64,000 nucleotides of DNA from positions 14,436 to 78,435 of the forward strand of contig JAIEPF010000024.1 of NCBI GenBank assembly GCA_019749945.1, in the 5' to 3' direction. Of the stretch, positions 57,288 through 64,000 are shown piece after piece. Every line of letters begins with the position of its first letter. The stretch's first letter is position 1. A model generated the notes under the pieces. The model was not told the origin of the DNA. It made no database searches and was given only the letters and a program-made list of their open reading frames with translations. This DNA is from Burkholderiales bacterium. GTDB taxonomy: Bacteria > Pseudomonadota > Gammaproteobacteria > Burkholderiales > SG8-41. The translations under genes were made by a program, and so were the position numbers.

Positions 57288-60200
57288 ATGCACCCGCAAA
57301 CTGTCTACGCCAAGACCTCCAAGGGCGTTCTTGATTTCAAGAACAAAACCATCAAGCTCGATCGCAATGCCGGCAATATTTTTCTTTCGGTGGATGGCAA
57401 ATCGACCTTTGCCGAACTGGTGGCGAAAAGCAAAATCGCCCCCAAGGATGTCGAAGGCATACTGGATGAACTGACCAAGGCGGGTTACGTCAAGGTTTTC
57501 TCGTCCCCGGCTGCTGCTCCTGCCGCAAAACCCGCCGCCCCGGCGACACCTGCAGGGCGCGCCGCCGCCCCGGCCGCACCGGCAGCCGATGACGGCGAGA
57601 TGGATCTCGACTTCACTTCCCCCGAGGCTGTAGCCAAGGTCAATGCCGAGGCAGAAGCCCGTAAAGAGAAGGAAGCGCAGGCCAAGGCCCGCGCGCAGGC
57701 CGCGGCCAAGGCCGCAATGGAGGCCAAAGCGCGGCAGCAGGCTGAAGCCCAGGCCCGCGCCGCCGCCGAAGCCCGCGCCAAAACGGAGGCGGAAGCCAAG
57801 GCCAAGGCTGACGCTGCCGCCCGAGCCGCCGCCGAAGCCCGTGCCAAGGCGGAAGCCGAGTCCAAAGTCGCGGCAGATGCGCAGGCGAAAGCCGCGGCGG
57901 AAATCCGCCTGAAGGCGGCGCAGGAAGCCTCCGCCAGGGCAGAGGCCGAAGCCCGTGCGAGAGCGCAGTCCGAAGCCCGCGCCAAGGCCGAGGCCATTGC
58001 CAAAGCCACCTCGGAAGCCAAGGCCCGCGTCGAAGCCGAAGCGCAGGCCAAGGCCGAAGTCGAAGCCAATGCCCACGCCGCCGCCGAAACCAAGGCGCGC
58101 GAAGCGCTGGAAGCACAGATGAAAGCGATGGCTGAAGCCCTCGCCCGTGCCCAGGATTCCGCGAAACGCGAGGCCGAAGCCCGCGTCCGCATGGAAGCCG
58201 ACATCAAGGCCCGCCTCGAAGCGGAGCGCAAGGCCCTGGAAGAAGCCGAAGCCCGCGCCAAAGCCGCCGAGGAAGCGGTGGCGCAGGCGCGCCAGATGGC
58301 GGAGGAAGCGGCGCGCGCCAAAGCGGCCGCCGAAGCACGGGCGGCAACGCAAGGTTCGGATCCCGAATCCATGGCCAGGGCCACAGCAGCGATGCAGGCG
58401 CTGGAAGAAGCCAAAGCCCGGGCGCGGGCGGAAGCCGAAGCCCGCGTCGCCGCCGAAGCCCGTGCCAAAGCCGAAGCCGAAGCCCGCGCACGCGAGGAAG
58501 AGCAGCGAAGAATCGCCGCCGAAGCCGAGCAAAAAGCGCGCGCTGAAATCGAGGCCAAGGCCAATGCCGAACTGAAAGCACTGCGCGAACAGGCACGGCA
58601 GGCCTCGGCTGAAGCGGAAACCCGCGCTGCGGAAGAAAAACGCGCCCGCGAAGAAATGGAAAACCGGATCGCCGCCGAGCGCCGCGCCCGCGAGGACGCC
58701 GAAGCCAAGGTTGCCGCAGAACGTGAACTGCGCGAAGAGGCCATCCGCAAAGTACAGGCCGAGGCCGAGGCCAAGGCCCGCGCTGAAGTCGAGGCGGTGA
58801 TGGAGGTCGAACGGCGCAAACGCGAGGAAGCCGAGAAAAAAGCCCAGGCCGAGATCGCCGCGCGCACGGTGGCCGAGCGCAAGGCGCGCGAGGAAGCCGA
58901 CCGTCAGCTCGAAATCGCCCATAAAGCGCGGGAGGATGCGGAACGGCTGGCCCGCAGCGCCGGGGCCGGCGAAAGCGCGGAAAGCAAAAAAGCACGGGAG
59001 GATGCGGAATATCGCGCCCAGATGGCCGAAGCCGCGGTGGCAAAAGCCAAGGCGCAGATGGAAGTCGAGCGCCAGGCCCGCGCCCAGGCTGAAGAACGCG
59101 CCAAGGCCGAGGCCGTGGCCCGCGTGGTGCGCGAACAGGAACTGCGCGAAAGCGCTGAAAAAAGCGTCAAGTCGCGGGTGGACGAAGAATTGCGTGCCCG
59201 CGCCCGCGCCGAAATTGAAGCCGACGCGCGTTACCGTGCCGAAGCCGAGGAACGCGCCAAGGCGGCCGCCGCCGACCGCAAGCTGCGCATGGAGTCCGAG
59301 GCGCGTGATGCCGCCTCGTCTTTCCGCTCCGACAAAAAACCGCGCAGCAAGCTGGTGATGGCCGGCATCGGCCTGTTGGTGCTGGTCGCCGGCGGGCTGG
59401 GCGCCCTCCAATTCATGCCGCTCGGCAGCCATGTGCCGGCAGTGCAGGAACTGGTGTCACAGCGGTTCAAGCAGCCGGTGCGCATCAGCAACATGCGCTA
59501 CACGGTTTATCCGGAACAGGTGCTCCGCCTCGAGCAGGTCAGCGTGGGCGGCACGCAGCAGATCAAGGCCGATACCGTCAGCATCCCGATGATGCCGTGG
59601 AGCCTGCTGCTCGGCGCGCGCGAGTTCGACATCATCGCCGCCAACGCCGTCACCATTGAACCCGCGGGCATCGACCTGCTGCCGGTTATGGCAAAAGGCG
59701 CCGAAGGCGCCGCGCTGCAGATCAGCCAGTTGCGCCTGACCAACGTCAAAATCAACGGTCTTGCCATCGATGTACCGCAATTCGAGGCCCTGATCAGCTT
59801 CAGCCGCAGCGGCGCCATGCAGAAAATGCGCCTGAGCGACGGCAAAATGACCGTCAATGCCACGCCGAAGGACAACGGGCTTGCGCTGGCCATCTCGGCC
59901 AGCGAATGGCAGTTGCCGGTGGGACCGGCGCTGAACTTCAGCGACCTTTCAGTCACCGCGCAGGTGGATCAGCGGCAGGCGACGGTGAGCGCGTTCGAAG
60001 GCCGCGTCGGCGGCGGTCGCGTCAAGGGCGCGCTGAAAGCGGCATGGGCCGGCGTCATCAGTGTCGAAGGCGAATTCAATCTTGAAAACGGCCGGCTGCA
60101 GGAACTGATGCCCGCCTACACCCGCGATTTTTCAGCCAACGGCTCGATCAGTGCGAACGGCAGTTATGCGCTGCAGGGGAAAACCCTGAAAACGCTGTTC

Positions 60201-60542
60201 GATGCCAGCGCCGCGGAAGCTTCGTTCACCATCAGCACCGGTGAACTGATGAATATCGACGTGGTGCGTGCGATCCAGGCGCCTTCAGCCAGCGGTACCC
60301 GTGGCGGCAAAACCCGGTTTGACACGCTGAGCGGCGCGCTCAGCATCAGCGGCGGCCGCTACAACTACAAACAGCTGCAACTGAATTCCGGCCCGCTCAA
60401 TGCCAGCGGCGCGATTGCCGTCGGTGACGGCGGAGCGCTTTCGGGCCGCATCAATGCGGAACTCGGCTCCAAGGGCCTGGTGGTGGCCCGCGGCGGCCTG
60501 TCGGTTGCCGGCGCGGTCCGCGATCCGCTGCTGCGGCCCTGA
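57288..60542 (+). CDS. large membrane-anchored protein: N-terminal ~70-aa module, Ala/Pro linker, ~570-aa A/E/R/K-rich coiled coil, one TM helix, C-terminal AsmA-like domain
   Basis: 1084 aa from ATG 57288. The repeat region runs about 57615-59330 (AEARAKAEAE...). The TM helix LVMAGIGLLVLVAGGLGALQF lies at about 59350-59415. The C-terminal G-rich beta-type domain resembles AsmA-family tails (tentative). Confidence 0.8.
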   Translation: MHPQTVYAKTSKGVLDFKNKTIKLDRNAGNIFLSVDGKSTFAELVAKSKIAPKDVEGILDELTKAGYVKVFSSPAAAPAAKPAAPATPAGRAAAPAAPAADDGEMDLDFTSPEAVAKVNAEAEARKEKEAQAKARAQAAAKAAMEAKARQQAEAQARAAAEARAKTEAEAKAKADAAARAAAEARAKAEAESKVAADAQAKAAAEIRLKAAQEASARAEAEARARAQSEARAKAEAIAKATSEAKARVEAEAQAKAEVEANAHAAAETKAREALEAQMKAMAEALARAQDSAKREAEARVRMEADIKARLEAERKALEEAEARAKAAEEAVAQARQMAEEAARAKAAAEARAATQGSDPESMARATAAMQALEEAKARARAEAEARVAAEARAKAEAEARAREEEQRRIAAEAEQKARAEIEAKANAELKALREQARQASAEAETRAAEEKRAREEMENRIAAERRAREDAEAKVAAERELREEAIRKVQAEAEAKARAEVEAVMEVERRKREEAEKKAQAEIAARTVAERKAREEADRQLEIAHKAREDAERLARSAGAGESAESKKAREDAEYRAQMAEAAVAKAKAQMEVERQARAQAEERAKAEAVARVVREQELRESAEKSVKSRVDEELRARARAEIEADARYRAEAEERAKAAAADRKLRMESEARDAASSFRSDKKPRSKLVMAGIGLLVLVAGGLGALQFMPLGSHVPAVQELVSQRFKQPVRISNMRYTVYPEQVLRLEQVSVGGTQQIKADTVSIPMMPWSLLLGAREFDIIAANAVTIEPAGIDLLPVMAKGAEGAALQISQLRLTNVKINGLAIDVPQFEALISFSRSGAMQKMRLSDGKMTVNATPKDNGLALAISASEWQLPVGPALNFSDLSVTAQVDQRQATVSAFEGRVGGGRVKGALKAAWAGVISVEGEFNLENGRLQELMPAYTRDFSANGSISANGSYALQGKTLKTLFDASAAEASFTISTGELMNIDVVRAIQAPSASGTRGGKTRFDTLSGALSISGGRYNYKQLQLNSGPLNASGAIAVGDGGALSGRINAELGSKGLVVARGGLSVAGAVRDPLLRP

Positions 60543-60560
60543 GCCGCTGTCGCCACAAAC

Positions 60561-60593
60561 AAAAGCCCGCGCCGTACAGCGCGGGCTTTTTTG
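60561..60593. terminator. bidirectional rho-independent terminator
   Basis: AAAA-AGCCCGCGC-cgtaca-GCGCGGGCT-TTTTT between convergent genes. Confidence 0.8.
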
Positions 60594-60627
60594 TTGCTGA
60601 ACGAACCGCTGCCGCTTGTCCTGCCGC

Positions 60628-61515
60628 TTATTGCGCCCCGGACTGCGCGGCGCGCAGCGCGGCGATGCGCACATCCAGCGGCGGATGCGACATGAACAGC
60701 GCCATCATTCCGCCGCCGCCCGAAATGCCGAAGGCCGACATCTGCGCGGGCAAGGACGTCTGGTCATGGTTCATTTTCAGGCGCTCCAGCGCGGCGATCA
60801 TCTTCTGCCGGCCGGCCAGTTCGGCGCCGCCGGCATCGGCACGGAATTCTCGCTGGCGGCTGACCCAAGCCACCACCATGCTCGCCAGCACGCCGAGCAC
60901 CATTTGCGCAACAAAGGTGGCGACAAAAAATCCTATGCCCTGACCGCGCTCATTTTTCAGCAGCACGCGGTCGACGAAGAAACCGATCACGCGCGAGAAG
61001 AAGAGCACGAAGGTGTTCACCACGCCCTGCACCAGCGTCAGCGTCACCATGTCGCCGTTGGCGACATGGCTGATTTCATGTCCGAGCACGGCCTCCGCCT
61101 CGTCCTGCGACATGTTGTTGAGCAGGCCGGTGCTGACCGCCACCAGCGCGTCGTTGCGGTTCCAGCCGGTGGCGAAGGCGTTGATGTCCGGGGCGTCGTA
61201 AATCGCCACTTCCGGCATGCCGATGCCGGCGCGTTCCGCCTGACGCTTGACGGTATCCACCAGCCAGCGCTCGGTGGTATTGGCGGGCACTTCGATCACC
61301 CGGGCGCCCGTCGCACTTTTGGCCATCCACTTCGAGATCAGCAGCGAAATGAACGCGCCGCCGAAGCCGAAGAGCGCCGCGAAGACCAGCAGGCCCTGCA
61401 GATTGAGACCGGTCTCGTTTTCCAGCGCAGCGTCGATGCCCAGCAACTGCATGGTCACACTGAGTACCGCGAGTATCGCGAAGTTGGTGACGATCAGCAG
61501 AAAGACACGTTTCAT
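60628..61515 (-). CDS. htpX: zinc metalloprotease HtpX
   Basis: 295 aa. [10 protein letters not shown] (HExxH), four TM segments and typical HtpX N- and C-termini. Confidence 0.95.
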   Translation of the reverse strand: MKRVFLLIVTNFAILAVLSVTMQLLGIDAALENETGLNLQGLLVFAALFGFGGAFISLLISKWMAKSATGARVIEVPANTTERWLVDTVKRQAERAGIGMPEVAIYDAPDINAFATGWNRNDALVAVSTGLLNNMSQDEAEAVLGHEISHVANGDMVTLTLVQGVVNTFVLFFSRVIGFFVDRVLLKNERGQGIGFFVATFVAQMVLGVLASMVVAWVSRQREFRADAGGAELAGRQKMIAALERLKMNHDQTSLPAQMSAFGISGGGGMMALFMSHPPLDVRIAALRAAQSGAQ

Positions 61516-61598
61516 GGCTTTTCAAACCCCCGGATGGTTGAACACGCAGCATTAGATAGGGGCGAAGTACACAAGTTCAAGATGCCCCTGGCCCCCGA

Positions 61599-61638
61599 GT
61601 ATTAATTATAAGTAATTGTTTTTATTCATATTTTTATG
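61599..61638 (-). repeat. AT-rich dispersed element, copy E7
   Basis: gtattaattataagtaattgtttttattcatatttttatg (5 G/C in 40 nt). Its rc matches E1 at 34/40. Overlaps the stop of the dtd remnant and lies about 84 nt upstream of the htpX ATG. Confidence 0.8.
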
Positions 61639-61893
61639 GCTGCCAGCGCCTCAACAAACGCCGCGATGCCGCCTCCGCCACCGGCGCGCAACTGCAGCCA
61701 GAATGTCACAGGGCCGTCATTGGTCAGCGTGACCTGCATGTCCGCGCCGAAACGGGCCCGCAGCCACCTGCGCATGGACACGCCGCGCCTGGACCACGAC
61801 ATGCTCAAACAGCTTCCGGCCCGGCTCCGGTGGCGCCCACGTTTACGCCTTCAATCACGACCTGCGCCAGGCTGACCCGTTGCAGCAGGGCGA
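61626..61893 (-). pseudogene. dtd: D-aminoacyl-tRNA deacylase (dtd) remnant with an internal deletion and frameshifts
   Basis: Three frames carry Dtd pieces. They are [26 protein letters not shown] (N-terminus), [19 protein letters not shown], and [22 protein letters not shown] (C-terminal signature). Only about 270 bp are present, whereas about 450 bp are expected. Confidence 0.7.
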
Positions 61894-62739
61894 TCAGCGG
61901 ATTTCCCTGAGCATCGCATTGCCATCGGCAACCGTCGAAGATCCGCGCCCCATCCGGCCCGGCCGGAAATGATCGAGATCATCGTAATAGTCCGGCCGTT
62001 CATTATCGGCACACCAACCGGGCACGCCCAGCACCGGCAACGGTGCAAGTTCATGCGTGTGCCGCAAGGACTGCGGGTCGGCAATCAGCAGCGCCAGGCG
62101 GCGGTCGATTTGCGTCAACCGCTCCGCCGGCGCAAGCGCAAGGAAATCCCGATCCGCACCGAACAACAGTGCGCGTCCGGTAATACCCTTGTAGGGCGCG
62201 AGTGCTTTTTCGCAAAGTGCGTGACCAAAAGGCAGGAATTCCATGCCGGTGATCACCGCGTCGCGGCGCTCCCGGAACAGCGGTTTCCAGCGGAACTCGC
62301 GGATCATGGTCAACAGCCCGATATCCGAAGACAGCACGATGACGCCGCTTTCATCAAACAATGTCAGCGCATCGCGCACCGGTCCACGCCCGCCCGCCTT
62401 GCCTGCGGGCAATGCCGCATGGTGCCGCGCATTCAATGCCGCCTTGGCGCGCGGAAACGTCAGCCAAACCAGTACATTGAACAGGTCGTGCCAGTTGCGC
62501 TCCCGGAATTCCAGTTCACCGCGCGCATAAAGACGCTGCTCGTACGATGCGCCCGCGCCGGCCACCGGCGACACCAGCCGCAGCGGCAGACCGGACGCTG
62601 TGCCGATGCCGGCGCGCGTGATGATTTCCTGCAGCCGCGACAGCGCCGGCCAGTCGTCTCCGGCAAGCTGCCGTGCGGCAGTGCGCAGCACCGCCAGCAG
62701 TGGCGACTGCTCAATAAAATCCGCACTCCATTGATTCAT
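61894..62739 (-). CDS. conserved hypothetical protein (possibly DUF3025-like)
   Basis: 281 aa with good GC3 bias. The family name is recalled from memory only. Confidence 0.55.
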   Translation of the reverse strand: MNQWSADFIEQSPLLAVLRTAARQLAGDDWPALSRLQEIITRAGIGTASGLPLRLVSPVAGAGASYEQRLYARGELEFRERNWHDLFNVLVWLTFPRAKAALNARHHAALPAGKAGGRGPVRDALTLFDESGVIVLSSDIGLLTMIREFRWKPLFRERRDAVITGMEFLPFGHALCEKALAPYKGITGRALLFGADRDFLALAPAERLTQIDRRLALLIADPQSLRHTHELAPLPVLGVPGWCADNERPDYYDDLDHFRPGRMGRGSSTVADGNAMLREIR

Positions 62740-62917
62740 GCGCCCAGTGTACGACGCACCGGCGTTTTAAAGTAAACTTGCGGCTTCTCCGAACCTGGCA
62801 GCCGTTTTTCAGCGGCTTGCCATGAATAAAAAAGTGACTAACGCCGCCATCGGCTCCGAAGCAGCCGGACTGAGCATTGCCGGCCACGTTGCCGATATGC
62901 TGGGATAATGACCAATC

Positions 62918-63695
62918 ATGACCGATAACAACACTTACCGCACCACCGCCAAGGGTCGCGCCGAAGTTGCAGCGAAACCGGGTGTGCTGAAACCGGGTAT
63001 CAAGGGACTGCTGGCCGCGGTCGGTGAGCGGGCCACGGCGAAAAATCTGCGTGACCGGTTTCCGCGTGCCGGCGACATCGGCGCGGCGCTCGAGGCGCTG
63101 ACGAACGAGGGTTATATCGAAATCGCGCCGGCAACGGCTCCGCAATCCAAATCCACGGTCGACGACCTGGAGAGTTTTCTCAGCGAACGCCCGAAAGAGC
63201 CGACGCTGCAGCAGCGCCGCCAGGCCGAGGGTACGATTTCCGGCGCGCGCAAACTGAAAGCCGGTTACCAGATCAATATCCTAAACCGCCCGGGCAAACC
63301 GATCCCGCCGCGCGGCGGCGGCAAACATGCCATTCTGCTTATCGACAGCCACGAAGCGGAAGCGCTGGCCGCCGCACGCGGGCTGATGCAGGGCGGATTC
63401 GACATCCGCGGCGCAGCCAGCCGCAGCGAAATCGCCGCCGCTCTGGCCAAGCCCCCCCCTGCCCGACCTGATCATCATCGATGTCGAACTGCGCGATGCC
63501 GTCGGTCTGGATGTGCTCGGCAAACTGCATGAACACCCGGAATTCAAATCGACGCCGATCATCGTCGTGACTGCCCGCGCCGAACGCGACGACATCGTCG
63601 CGGCACTGGCCTACGGCGCTTCGGGTTACCTCAACAAACCCGTCAAGCCGGATGTCCTGCTGCGCCATGCCAAAGACGCGCTCGGCCTGCCCTGA
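62918..63695 (+). pseudogene. response regulator (N-terminal ~70-aa module + receiver domain) frameshifted at a C8 tract
   Basis: Frame 1 gives ...KHAILLIDSHEAEALAAARGLMQGGFDIRGAASRSEIAAALAKPP. Frame +1 continues LPDLIIIDVELRDAVGLDVLGKLHEHPEFKSTPIIVVTARAERDDIVAALAYGASGYLNKPV. The total length of 778 nt equals 3n+1. Confidence 0.75.
63452..63459. repeat. poly-C homopolymer (C8) at the frameshift site
   Basis: The block gcccccccct was counted directly. Deleting one C restores a single 258-aa ORF. Confidence 0.9.
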
Positions 63696-63712
63696 GCCCC
63701 CGTACTATTGAC

Positions 63713-64000
63713 TCATTCGCCCAGCAACTGCTGGATCAGCGGCAACATCAATTCGGCAGCCGCACGCCCCTCTTTGACCGACTCCGCGGCACGGTGGTAA
63801 TCAAGGGCCCCCACGTTTCCCAGCCGGGGCGCAATCACCACATCGGCGGGTTCACCGGCAAGCCGGCTGCGGGTGATGCGCACCTGCATGATGCTGATGC
63901 TTTCCGCGACCACCTCGATCATGTTCGGCTGGCGATCGCTGGGTCGGCCGCGCACATGACGACCGGCGATGCCTGAACCAAGATCGACGCCGATGACAAA
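63713..64000 (-). CDS. patatin-like phospholipase, C-terminal part (gene continues beyond window end)
   Basis: The minus-strand frame is open to the window edge (...FVIGVDLGSGIAGRHVRGRPSD...VVIAPRLGNVGALDYHRAAESVKEGRAAAE...). This resembles the RssA-type C-terminus and the assignment is tentative. Confidence 0.55.
   Translation of the reverse strand, partial: FVIGVDLGSGIAGRHVRGRPSDRQPNMIEVVAESISIMQVRITRSRLAGEPADVVIAPRLGNVGALDYHRAAESVKEGRAAAELMLPLIQQLLGE

Noticed and set aside
57084-59432. 782-aa minus-strand ORF, plus the 465-aa ORF 57485..58882 and several others antisense to the coiled-coil gene
   Set aside because: The translations are G/F/R/A low-complexity mirror images of the A/E/R/K repeat on the plus strand. 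There are no start context or motifs. The plus-strand frame has the N-terminal module, TM helix and C-terminal domain.

Overview
GC-rich chromosomal segment (about 60-65 % GC by eye). It is most likely from a Burkholderiales-type betaproteobacterium, an inference from four Bug/TctC-type binding proteins, a tctCBA transporter and many small catabolic operons. I support about 60 protein genes, which are mostly metabolic or transport housekeeping and accessory catabolism. These include SMP-30 lactonase, an enolase-superfamily enzyme, TauD, DadA, GabD, a fused 5-oxoprolinase, CoA-transferases, a crotonase, 2-hydroxyacid dehydrogenases, MFS, EamA and SemiSWEET transporters, an SPFH/NfeD pair, MlaA and HtpX. 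Also present are one tRNA-Arg(CCT), a tandem glycine riboswitch, a Fur-box/hemP locus, one orfA-less IS3-family element, several rho-independent terminators and REP-like hairpins. I saw no CRISPR array, rRNA, prophage or recognisable defence system. The most unusual signals are:
- A dispersed family of about 40-bp, extremely AT-rich elements with 7 copies. Most sit exactly at gene ends and one lies in frame inside the oxoprolinase ORF.
- A response-regulator gene broken at a C8 homopolymer. Its N-terminal module is paralogous to the N-terminus of a nearby 1084-aa coiled-coil / TM / AsmA-like protein.
- Three decayed or interrupted genes: dtd, CoA-transferase subunit A with an in-frame TGA, and the response regulator.
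- A glycine riboswitch driving a non-gcv operon.
- An AT-rich, palindrome-dense 580-bp spacer inside the tct operon.
All functional calls come from reading the translated ORFs and motifs by eye. No database search was run.
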